A stretch of DNA of 64,000 nucleotides from contig JANXWH010000133.1 of assembly GCA_025351245.1 (NCBI GenBank), forward strand, positions 1,450 through 65,449, given 5' to 3'. The position numbers and the translations under genes are program-made. Every line of letters starts with the position of its first letter. Positions within the stretch are counted from its first letter, which is position 1. The stretch is from Chloroflexota bacterium (GTDB taxonomy: Bacteria; Chloroflexota; Limnocylindria; Limnocylindrales; CSP1-4). Shown piece after piece: positions 28,319 through 36,031 of this stretch. The notes under the pieces were generated by a model. It ran no database searches. It was not told the origin of the DNA and saw only the letters and a program-made list of their open reading frames with translations.

Positions 28319-29041
28319 TTACCTGGCCAGGGCAGCCACCGGGTCCGGGTCCGGCTCCGGCTCCGGTGCCGGTGCCGCGTCGACCGCTTCAAGGTTGAAG
28401 TCCAGCTGCACGATGCCCGCCAGCGCCTCGCGAATGGGCGCGAACGAGCGCCGGTGGTATGGCGTCACGCCGAGCGCCCGGAGGGCGGCCCGATGCTCAG
28501 CGGTCGCGTACCCCGCGTTGTGATCCCAGCCGTAGCCCGGATACCGCACGGCGAGCCGCGCCATCAGCCGGTCACGAACGACCTTGGCGACGACCGACGC
28601 GCAGGCGATCGAGTAGACGCACGAATCGCCGTCGACGATCGCATCGTACGGGCCAACGTCGGCCTCGAAGCCGGCGATCGGGAGGCCGTCGACCAGGACG
28701 TGGTCGTGGCCTCCGAGCCGGGCGATCGCTCGGCGCATCGCGAGATGCGTGGCGTGGTAGACGTTGAGCCGGTCGATCTCCGCCACGGACGCTGCGCCGA
28801 CGCCGACCGCCACGGCCCGTCGCCGGATCTCGGGGGCGAGCGCCTCGCGCTGGGACGCGGAAAGCGTCTTCGAATCCCGGACGCCGGTGATCTGCCGGCA
28901 GTTCGGCCGGAGGATCACGGCCGCGGCGACAACCGGCCCGCAGGTGGGCGCCACCCCCACCTCGTCGACCCCAGCGACGCGGGTGGCGCCGGCCTTCCAG
29001 AGCAGCCGTTCGAGGCGCAGCGTGGGCACGGGTGGGGCCAT
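28319..29041 (-). CDS. rnhB: Ribonuclease HII
   Basis: VAGVDEVGVAPTCGPVVAAAVIL...DSKTLSASQREAL...YPGYGWDHNAGYATAEHRAALRALG. The N-terminal glycine-loop is a variant (VAPTCGP instead of RG..AGP). Confidence 0.85.
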   Translation of the reverse strand: MAPPVPTLRLERLLWKAGATRVAGVDEVGVAPTCGPVVAAAVILRPNCRQITGVRDSKTLSASQREALAPEIRRRAVAVGVGAASVAEIDRLNVYHATHLAMRRAIARLGGHDHVLVDGLPIAGFEADVGPYDAIVDGDSCVYSIACASVVAKVVRDRLMARLAVRYPGYGWDHNAGYATAEHRAALRALGVTPYHRRSFAPIREALAGIVQLDFNLEAVDAAPAPEPEPDPDPVAALAR

Positions 29042-29077
29042 CGCCGGACAGCGTAGCCGAGCCGTCGCTCCGCCGCG

Positions 29078-29141
29078 GAATCGAAACGGCCCCGCCGGGG
29101 CGGGGCCGCATCAGCCTGGCGTGCGCGCCACTATGGCGCGC
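29078..29141 (-). terminator. Two stem-loops 3' of rplS, the second followed by UUUCGAUUCC
   Basis: GCGCGCCA-CUA-UGGCGCGC (29123..29141), then GGCCCCGCC-GG-GGCGGGGCC (29088..29107), then the U-containing tract. This is the end of the trmD-rplS operon. Confidence 0.5.
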
Positions 29142-29147
29142 CGTGCG

Positions 29148-29492
29148 TCACTTCGTACGGCGCTCGCGGAGCGTGGCAGCCTTGCCGACCCGACGGCGCA
29201 GGAAGTAGAGCTTTGCGCGGCGCGCCACGCCGTGTCGGACGACCTCGATCTTCTCGATCCGCGGGCTGTTGACCTTGAACGTCCGCTCGACGCCCACGCC
29301 GGAGGCGATCCGCCGGACGGTCAGCGACCGCGTGATCCCACCACCCGTCAGGCGCAGGATGGTCCCCTCGAAAATCTGCACGCGTTCCCGGTTTCCCTCG
29401 ACCACCTTGGCGCTGACCTTGACGGTGTCGCCGGGCGCGAGGGTCGGGATATCGATTCGAATCTGGTCCTTGACGATCTCGTCGAGTACGTT
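29148..29492 (-). CDS. rplS: 50S ribosomal protein L19
   Basis: NVLDEIVKDQIRIDIPTLAPGDTVKVSAKVVEGNRERVQIFEGTILR...GVERTFKVNSPRIEKIEVVRHGVARRAKLYFLRRRVGK aligns with L19 from residue 2. The GTG start is at 29492. The 279-aa track ORF is over-extended. Confidence 0.85.
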   Translation of the reverse strand, partial: NVLDEIVKDQIRIDIPTLAPGDTVKVSAKVVEGNRERVQIFEGTILRLTGGGITRSLTVRRIASGVGVERTFKVNSPRIEKIEVVRHGVARRAKLYFLRRRVGKAATLRERRTK

Positions 29493-29590
29493 CACCGGGT
29501 CGACCCCTGCTGCATCGGGCGGCCGGGACGGTCCCGCGAGCCGCGTTTCTGGGCACGATGGATCGGTCGCGGGAGGGCGACCGACGGCGG

Positions 29591-29596
29591 AGTATA
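29591..29596 (-). promoter_or_regulatory. Extended -10 element TGcTATACT upstream of rplS (between trmD and rplS)
   Basis: Minus strand reads ccccaTGCTATACTCCGCCGTcgg, a 15/16 match to the asd-upstream element. It lies about 100 nt upstream of the rplS GTG. Confidence 0.4.
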
Positions 29597-29613
29597 GCAT
29601 GGGGCGGACGCGA

Positions 29614-30399
29614 TCACGGGACCCCGCGTCGATCCTCAGGGGGTTCGCCGACGCCGTCGTCCGCTTCGTGCGCGGTGCGTTCTTCGATGACGTCGCCGAG
29701 CAGGCGCGCCTCTTCGCCGCTGAAGGGCCGCCCGTCGAGGAGATCCGGGCGCCGCTCCAGCGTGCGCCGGAGCGATTCGCGGAGCCGCCACTGGCGCACG
29801 GCGCCGTGGTCGCCCGACGTGAGGATCTCTGGCACGCCCACTCCCTCGTAGAGGGCTGGGCGCGTGTACTGCGGATACTCGAGAAGTCCGCTGGTGAACG
29901 ACTCGTCGATGAGCGAGCTCGACTCGATCGCGCCGGGCAGGAGCCGCAGCACCGCATCGCAGACGACGAGCGCGGGCAACTCCCCACCGGTCAGGACGAA
30001 GTCGCCGATCGACAGCTCGAGGTCCACCATGGCGCGGATGCGCTCGTCCACTCCCTCGTAGCGGGGGCACACGAGAACCAGGTGCGGTCGCGTGGCAAGG
30101 TCCTCGGCGCGACGTTGCCGGAACGGCTCGCCGGCGGCATCGAACAGGATGATCATGGAGTCCGGCCGACGCAGGGCAGCAAGCGCCGCAGCCACCGGCT
30201 CCGGCCGGAGCACCATCCCCGCGCCGCCGCCGTACGGGGCATCGTCGACGCTGCGGTGACGCCCCAGGCCCCATGCCCGAAGGTCGTGGACCCGAATCGA
30301 CGCGAGGCCTTCTTCCTGGATGCGCGCGGGGATGCTCGCCGCGAGCGGCCCGGCCAGCATCTCCGGGAAGAGCGTGAGGATCTCGACCTCGAGCGGCAC
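29614..30399 (-). CDS. trmD: tRNA (guanine37-N1)-methyltransferase
   Basis: VEILTLFPEMLAGPLAASIPARIQEEGLASIRVHDLRAWGLGRHRSVDDAPYGGGAGMVL... The GTG at 30399 has the SD GAGGG and lies 12 nt after the rimM TGA. Confidence 0.9.
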   Translation of the reverse strand: MPLEVEILTLFPEMLAGPLAASIPARIQEEGLASIRVHDLRAWGLGRHRSVDDAPYGGGAGMVLRPEPVAAALAALRRPDSMIILFDAAGEPFRQRRAEDLATRPHLVLVCPRYEGVDERIRAMVDLELSIGDFVLTGGELPALVVCDAVLRLLPGAIESSSLIDESFTSGLLEYPQYTRPALYEGVGVPEILTSGDHGAVRQWRLRESLRRTLERRPDLLDGRPFSGEEARLLGDVIEERTAHEADDGVGEPPEDRRGVP

Positions 30400-30410
30400 G
30401 TGATCGGCCC

Positions 30411-31109
30411 TCAGTCCAGGGCGATCCCGGGGTCGACTTCCGGCGCGGGCGGGCCCTCCGGGGCGTCGGGCCCGCGAGGCTCCGGGGCGTCGCTCGCAGA
30501 GGGCGGCTGGCTCTCGCGCTGCTCGCCCTTCCGGGGCCGCGGCGGGCGGGGCGGCCGAGGCGGCCGTATCTGGTCCGGCGTCGGCAGGTCCAGGGCGTCC
30601 GGGTCTGCCACGATCTCGCCCCGCCGCGGCGCCAGGATCCTGACGAACGGACGCGCGACCGGCAGGTCGAAGGCACCGCGCGGACCACCTTCCACGACCA
30701 GCATCTCCGTGCCGCCGGAACGGTAGACGTCCCGCACGGTTCCGAGCGCGAGGCCATCCGGGTCGACGACGGGACAGCCGCGCAGCTCGTGCCAGTAGTA
30801 GCTGCCGCGGGGCAATGGCGGGACAACGCCCGCGTCCGCCTCGAGGTAGACCGACAGGTAGGCGGCCGCCGCGTTTCGCGTCGGGATCTCGTTGAACCGG
30901 ATGATCCAGCCGGGCGCGGCGGCCCACGCCTCGGCGACCGTCAGCGGCTCGGGAGCGCCCTCCGGGTACAGGCGCGATCCCGGCGCGAACCGGGCGCCCG
31001 CGTCGTCGGTGAGCACCTCCACCCGGAGACCGCCGCGCACGCCGTGGAAGCCGCGGACGAGCGCGACGACGAGTCGCTCCCCGCCCGCGGCCGGCTGGCT
31101 GGAGATCAG
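30411..31109 (-). CDS. rimM: 16S rRNA processing protein RimM (Pro-rich C-terminal tail; start codon uncertain)
   Basis: ERLVVALVRGFHGVRGGLRVEVLTDD...PRGSYYWHELRGCPVVDPDGLALGTVRDVYRSGGTEMLVV. There is no in-frame ATG, GTG or TTG between the KH-gene stop and the conserved core. The only candidate is CTG at 31109, overlapping the KH-gene TGA. Confidence 0.75.
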   Translation of the reverse strand: MISSQPAAGGERLVVALVRGFHGVRGGLRVEVLTDDAGARFAPGSRLYPEGAPEPLTVAEAWAAAPGWIIRFNEIPTRNAAAAYLSVYLEADAGVVPPLPRGSYYWHELRGCPVVDPDGLALGTVRDVYRSGGTEMLVVEGGPRGAFDLPVARPFVRILAPRRGEIVADPDALDLPTPDQIRPPRPPRPPRPRKGEQRESQPPSASDAPEPRGPDAPEGPPAPEVDPGIALD

Positions 31110-31339
31110 ACTATCTCCAGCTGGAACTGCTCGCCGTCGCGGGCGCCGACGACCTTGAGGAGCGTTCGGAGTGCCTTTGCGACGCTCCCGTTCCGGCCGA
31201 TCACCTTGCCCATGTCGTCTTCCGCGACACGGAGCTCGATGACGGTCGTGCCGGCCTCCTGGCTGACCACGACCTCGACCTGGTCCGGGTGATCGACGAG
31301 CGACTTGGCGACGAACTCGACGAGCTGCTGAGCGGCCAT
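31106..31339 (-). CDS. KH-domain RNA-binding protein (UPF0109/YlqC family)
   Basis: MAAQQLVEFVAKSLVDHPDQVEVVVSQEAGTTVIELRVAEDDMGKVIGRNGSVAKALRTLLKV. It occupies the conserved rpsP-KH-rimM position. Confidence 0.8.
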   Translation of the reverse strand: MAAQQLVEFVAKSLVDHPDQVEVVVSQEAGTTVIELRVAEDDMGKVIGRNGSVAKALRTLLKVVGARDGEQFQLEIV

Positions 31340-31353
31340 CGCGGGCCCCTTCC

Positions 31354-31608
31354 CTACTTCGCGGCCGGCAGGACGCCGGCGTTTCGGAGGAGCCGCTCGA
31401 CGGTCTCGGTCGGGAGGGCGCCCTTCGCGATCCACGCCTTCGTCTTCTCGACGTCGACGGCGAAGTCAACCGGCTCGGTCCGGGGGTTGTAGTGGCCGAG
31501 GATCTCGATGGTGCGGCCGTCGCGGGGACTCCGGCTGTCGGCCACGACGACGCGATACGCCGGCTGCTTCGTCGCGCCGACGCGGGTGAGGCGAATGCGA
31601 GCTGCCAT
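31354..31608 (-). CDS. rpsP: 30S ribosomal protein S16
   Basis: [46 protein letters not shown]... The SD is AGGAGGAGAAG. Confidence 0.95.
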   Translation of the reverse strand: MAARIRLTRVGATKQPAYRVVVADSRSPRDGRTIEILGHYNPRTEPVDFAVDVEKTKAWIAKGALPTETVERLLRNAGVLPAAK

Positions 31609-31636
31609 GTCCTTGTTCTTCTCCTCCTGCGTGGGT

Positions 31637-31665
31637 TGGGCCGTCGTCCAGCCCGGACGACGGCC
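31637..31665 (-). promoter_or_regulatory. Perfect 12-bp stem-loop (GGGCCGUCGUCC-loop-GGACGACGGCCC) between the 580-aa gene and rpsP
   Basis: An inverted repeat seen directly about 30 nt upstream of the rpsP SD. There is no U-tract. It may be a processing or stability element, or an attenuator. Confidence 0.45.
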
Positions 31666-31678
31666 CTTGTACGGGGTC

Positions 31679-33421
31679 CTACTTGAACACGACCACGATG
31701 CGGCTGGTCCGCGTGGCGGCCGGCGACTTGGCGACGGCCGCGAAGGCGTCGAACGGCTCGAGGAACGGCTTCACGTCCGTGTCGTACTTCGCCTTCTCGG
31801 TGGCCGGGATCAGGCCTTCGAGGCCCTCCCGCAGGCCGGTGATGTTGACGTACGCGTCCATGACGCCGGCGCCGCCTGCGACGTCGACTGCGTGCGAGTA
31901 CCCCGCCTGGGCAGCGAGCCCGCCGCCGCCGGCCGTGCCGAGGACGCCCTTGACGAACTCGAGCGTCCCCACCGCGAACAGGTTGCCCTGGGCCGTTGCC
32001 GCGAGCGCCGGCAGGGCGACGCCGCTCGTGACCGGGAGTGTCACGACCGCGATCGTCCCCGCAGCGTACGGCTGCTCCGTGTAGGTGATCCCGGACGCGC
32101 CTCCGGCGAGCGCGAGCACGGCCTTGAGCTGGTCAAGGGTCCGCGTCGCTCCCGCGGGGTCCGTGGCGATGGCGGCCAGGCCGCCGCCCCAGGTGGTCCC
32201 ATCGCGGGTCACGGCGATCGCCGTGTCACCGGCCCAGCCGGCCAACGACTCCACCCCGCCGATCGCGGCGAGGGCCGTGTCAACCTGGTCGAGCGTGCCC
32301 TTCATGGATTGATCGCACGCGATCCCGGCCTTGATGCCGGACCAGAGCGCGACGAGTGCCGGGCCGGCCTGGCGACCTTCGAACGCGACGAGCGTTCCCG
32401 CTGGCAGGCGGGCAGCGATCGCGCTGGCCGTGTCCTTCGGGGCGAAGCTGGAGGCGGGCGAACCCGACGGGGCCGGCGCGACCTGGTCCATGACGAGCAC
32501 GCTGTCGGCAGCATGGGCGAACCCGGCCGACCAGTCCGGCAGGGCCGCGAGCGCATTGGTCAGGCATGGCTGCGGAATGGTGCTCGTGCTGCCGGCCATG
32601 GAGAGGACCGCGTCGAAGAGCGACCTGGTGTCGAGGTAGCCGAACCCGAGGTAGGCGCTCGGGGCAGCCTTCTTCGCGCCCACGAACGCGCTGGAGGCCG
32701 CGACCGGGCTGGCGCCCTTCGTGTCGAGGGCGGCCTTCACGGAGGCCTCCGGACCGAGCAGGAGGACCGTCCCGCGCGTGGCCCACGCGAGGGTCATGCC
32801 GTTCTTCTGGACCGTCGTGATCTGGCCGTCGCCGTACGTCGCGGTCGAGGGCGTCCCGCCGATCTGCTTCGCCATCCAGGCGGTGGCGGCTGCGACGTCC
32901 TTGACGCTGGCGAGGACCACGACGCCGCGGTCCGGCGCCTTGACCGATGACGGGTCCTTCTGGGCTGCGGCCGCCAGGTCGAGCACGTCGCGCGTGATCG
33001 CCACGCCCACCTCGCCGGCGACCCACGGCTTGAGGTCGGTCGTCCAGCTGATGCCGGACTTCTGGAGGAGCTGGTCAAGGGCCTGGTCGATCTTCGCGTC
33101 GAGCGAGGCCTGGTCCTTGAAGCCGGGGAACTTCGCGATGATGGCGCCGACGTTCTGGCGCTGGTCGCCGGGCAGGTCCGCGCGGCCTTCGAGGTAGACG
33201 ACCGTCCCGCTTGGGATCCAGCCCTCGATCGCGGACGTCGCGCTGCCCGATGCGAGCAGGACGGTGCCCACCGAGACGACCCCGACGACGAGCGCGACCA
33301 CGGCGAGCGCCACGCCCCACCGGGCGAGGCCCGCCGGGCGCGCGGGGCGGGCGGCCACGTTCGACGAGCCCCCCTGGTGCGGCATCTCGGAATCGACCGG
33401 GACGGGTGTGAACTCGGCCAT
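31679..33421 (-). CDS. Membrane-anchored extracytoplasmic protein of unknown function (580 aa; possibly DUF3352-like)
   Basis: The ATG at 33421 has a strong SD, GGGAGGAAG, 17 nt after the ffh stop. One N-terminal TM helix, [23 protein letters not shown], is followed by about 520 aa of an Ala/Gly/Thr/Val-rich domain with no recognisable catalytic motif. It is co-directional and tightly packed within the ffh...rpsP operon. Confidence 0.7.
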   Translation of the reverse strand: MAEFTPVPVDSEMPHQGGSSNVAARPARPAGLARWGVALAVVALVVGVVSVGTVLLASGSATSAIEGWIPSGTVVYLEGRADLPGDQRQNVGAIIAKFPGFKDQASLDAKIDQALDQLLQKSGISWTTDLKPWVAGEVGVAITRDVLDLAAAAQKDPSSVKAPDRGVVVLASVKDVAAATAWMAKQIGGTPSTATYGDGQITTVQKNGMTLAWATRGTVLLLGPEASVKAALDTKGASPVAASSAFVGAKKAAPSAYLGFGYLDTRSLFDAVLSMAGSTSTIPQPCLTNALAALPDWSAGFAHAADSVLVMDQVAPAPSGSPASSFAPKDTASAIAARLPAGTLVAFEGRQAGPALVALWSGIKAGIACDQSMKGTLDQVDTALAAIGGVESLAGWAGDTAIAVTRDGTTWGGGLAAIATDPAGATRTLDQLKAVLALAGGASGITYTEQPYAAGTIAVVTLPVTSGVALPALAATAQGNLFAVGTLEFVKGVLGTAGGGGLAAQAGYSHAVDVAGGAGVMDAYVNITGLREGLEGLIPATEKAKYDTDVKPFLEPFDAFAAVAKSPAATRTSRIVVVFK

Positions 33422-33438
33422 TGCTTCCTCCCTCGGCC

Positions 33439-34758
33439 TCAGCGGCCGAAGACCCCGGGGAGCCGGCGGCCCCCGCGGAGCTGCTTCATGAGTTTCTGCA
33501 TCTCGGCGAACTGCTTGACGAGTCGGTTGACCTCGACGATCGACGCGCCGGAGCCGGTGGCGATTCGGCGCCGCCGGCTCCCGTTGAGGATCGTCGGGTC
33601 GCGCCGCTCGCCCGAGGTCATCGAGCGAATGATCGCCTCGGTCCGTCCGAGATCGCCGCGGTCGACCGACTCCTGCGCCTGGCGCGCCATCCCGCCGAGG
33701 CCCGGGATCATCTCCATGACCTGTCCAAGCGGCCCCATCTTCTTGACCTGCTGGAGTTGGTCGAGCATATCTTCCAGGGTGAAGCTCCCGGACTGGATCT
33801 TCGCGGCAGCCTTCTCGGCTTGCGTCGTGTCGAAGGCGTCCTGTGCCCGCTCGATGAGGGTCAGCACGTCGCCCATCCCGAGGATCCGGCCGGCCAGGCG
33901 GTCCGGGTGGAACGGCTCCAGCGCATCGGTCTTCTCGCCCGTGCCGAGGAACTTGACCGGCAGCCCGGTGACCGCGCTGATCGAAAGGGCCGCGCCGCCC
34001 CGCGCGTCCCCGTCGATCTTCGTGAGGACCAGGCCGGTCAGCGGGACGGCCGCGGCAAATGCCTGCGCCACGCTCACGGCTTCCTGGCCGACCATCGCGT
34101 CGATGACGAGGAGCGTCTCCACGGGCCGGACCGCGTGCATGAGCTCGGTCACCTCGGCCATCAGGACCTCGTCCACGGTCAGCCGGCCGGCCGTGTCGAG
34201 GATCACGGTGTCGCGGACCTCGTGGCGTGCGTATGCGATCCCAAGCCTGCCGATCTCGGGCACGGGCGTCCCGGCCGGCGCGGCGAAGACCGGCAGGTCC
34301 AGGCTTGCCCCGAGCGTCACGAGCTGCTCGATCGCGGCCGGCCGGTACGGGTCCGCGGCCACGAGCAGGGGTCGGCGGCCGATCTTGACGATGTGGCGGG
34401 CGAGCTTCGCCGCTGTCGTCGTCTTGCCGGAGCCCTGCAGCCCGACGAGCGCGATGACTGCGGGGTTCCCCGCCAGGTGAAGCGTCCGGTCGCCGCCGGA
34501 TAGGAGCGTGGTCAGCTCCTCATTGACGATCTTGACGACCTGCTGGCCGGCGTTGAGGGACTCCAGGACGTCGGCGCCGATCGCGCGCTCGCGGACCCGG
34601 GCCGTGAAATCCTTGACGACCTTGAAGTTGACATCGGCCTCGAGGAGCGCGAGCCGCACCTCGCGCATCGCCGTCTCGACGTCGGCCTCGCTGATCCGGC
34701 CGCGACCGGTGAGCGAGCCGAGCGTCCTGCGGAGGCGCTCGGAGAGGGCGTCGAACAC
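33439..34758 (-). CDS. ffh: Signal recognition particle protein Ffh
   Basis: MFDALSERLRRTLGSL...GLQGSGKTTTAAKLA...DTAGR... plus an M-domain (methionine-rich C-terminus). Confidence 0.95.
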   Translation of the reverse strand: MFDALSERLRRTLGSLTGRGRISEADVETAMREVRLALLEADVNFKVVKDFTARVRERAIGADVLESLNAGQQVVKIVNEELTTLLSGGDRTLHLAGNPAVIALVGLQGSGKTTTAAKLARHIVKIGRRPLLVAADPYRPAAIEQLVTLGASLDLPVFAAPAGTPVPEIGRLGIAYARHEVRDTVILDTAGRLTVDEVLMAEVTELMHAVRPVETLLVIDAMVGQEAVSVAQAFAAAVPLTGLVLTKIDGDARGGAALSISAVTGLPVKFLGTGEKTDALEPFHPDRLAGRILGMGDVLTLIERAQDAFDTTQAEKAAAKIQSGSFTLEDMLDQLQQVKKMGPLGQVMEMIPGLGGMARQAQESVDRGDLGRTEAIIRSMTSGERRDPTILNGSRRRRIATGSGASIVEVNRLVKQFAEMQKLMKQLRGGRRLPGVFGR

Positions 34759-34850
34759 GGCGGGATGCAGGCTCCTGTGGACCGAGGCTGTGACGACGCG
34801 GCATGCGCCGTCGCGTGGTGCGCGGGTTCTGGCGACACCGAGGCAGCCGG

Positions 34851-34856
34851 AGTGTA
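34851..34856 (-). promoter_or_regulatory. -10-like TACACTCC box in the ftsY-ffh intergenic region
   Basis: Minus strand reads ...ctggagTACACTCCggc..., about 95 nt upstream of the ffh ATG. It resembles the TATACTCC boxes found elsewhere in the window. Confidence 0.3.
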
Positions 34857-34899
34857 CTCCAGCGATCCGCGGACGTATCCCGTCGACCGGCCGTGCCCG

Positions 34900-36015
34900 T
34901 CAGCCGAAGAGCGCCCCCACGAAGGCGGTCGGATCGAACGGGAGCAGGTCGCCAACCTTCTCCCCTACCCCCACGAAGCAGACAGGGACGCCGAGCGCCC
35001 GCTCGATCGCGAAGACGATCCCGCCCTTCGCCGTCGAGTCGAGCTTCGTGAGGATGATCCCCGTCAGGCCGGTCGACTCGTGGAACGCCCTCGCCTGGGC
35101 CAGGCCGTTCTGTCCGGTGGTCGCGTCCAGGACGAAGAGGACCTCTGGCGCCGCCCCGGGAAGCCGGCGATCGATCACGCGGCGCATCTTCGCCAGCTCA
35201 TCCATCAGGTTCGACTTCGTGTGAAGCCGGCCGGCGGTATCGACGATCAGCACGTCCATGCGGCGGGCGACGGCCGCGTCCACGGCGTCGTAGACGACCG
35301 CAGCCGGGTCGGCGCCCGGCGCGTGCGCCACGATCGGCGCGCCCGCTCGCTCGCCCCAGGCCCGCAGCTGTTCGATCGCGGCGGCCCGGAAGGTATCCCC
35401 GGCGGCGAGCAGCACGGTCTGCCCCTCGGCGCGATACCGGAAGGCGAGCTTTCCGATCGTGGTGGTCTTGCCGGTCCCGTTGACCCCGACGACGAGGATG
35501 ATCGCCGGCGAACCCGGGCCCGCCCGGTGCGGCACCCAGCCGGCTTCGCGGTCGACGAGCAGTGCCGTGAGCTCCGACCTGACCGCCGCCACGGGGCCGG
35601 CCCCATCTCGTCGCCGCCGCGCCCGCTCGACGACCTCGAGCGCGAGCGCCGCGCCGACATCGCCCGCAATCAGCGTCTCCTCGACCTCCTCCCAGGTCGC
35701 GGCGTCGGGGTCGCCCCGGCCGAGAAGTCCCTTGAGGCGGGCCACGAAGCCGCCTCGGCTCCGCGCGACGCCCGCGACGAGGTCGCCGTCCGCGGGCCCT
35801 CCGCCGGTCGCCGGGAGCTCCGCCTGTAGTGCCTGGCGCCCCGTGTCCAGCTGCCCGTCGGTTGGCCGGGGCGTCTCGCCGCCTGCCTGCGCGGTCGTCC
35901 GCGCGTCCTCCGTCTCCGCGAGCTCCGCCTCGAGCTGCGCTTCGATCGCGGCGTCAGAGACCCTGCCCTCGTCCGCCGGCTGATCCGGTTCCGTGGGTCG
36001 CCGTCGCCAGAACAT
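34900..36015 (-). CDS. ftsY: Signal recognition particle receptor FtsY
   Basis: An acidic N-region is followed by the NG domain: ...ILVVGVNGTGKTTTIGKLA...DTAGRLH...TKLDSTAKGG. Confidence 0.9.
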   Translation of the reverse strand: MFWRRRPTEPDQPADEGRVSDAAIEAQLEAELAETEDARTTAQAGGETPRPTDGQLDTGRQALQAELPATGGGPADGDLVAGVARSRGGFVARLKGLLGRGDPDAATWEEVEETLIAGDVGAALALEVVERARRRRDGAGPVAAVRSELTALLVDREAGWVPHRAGPGSPAIILVVGVNGTGKTTTIGKLAFRYRAEGQTVLLAAGDTFRAAAIEQLRAWGERAGAPIVAHAPGADPAAVVYDAVDAAVARRMDVLIVDTAGRLHTKSNLMDELAKMRRVIDRRLPGAAPEVLFVLDATTGQNGLAQARAFHESTGLTGIILTKLDSTAKGGIVFAIERALGVPVCFVGVGEKVGDLLPFDPTAFVGALFG

Positions 36016-36031
36016 CGGTCGTCTCGCTCCT

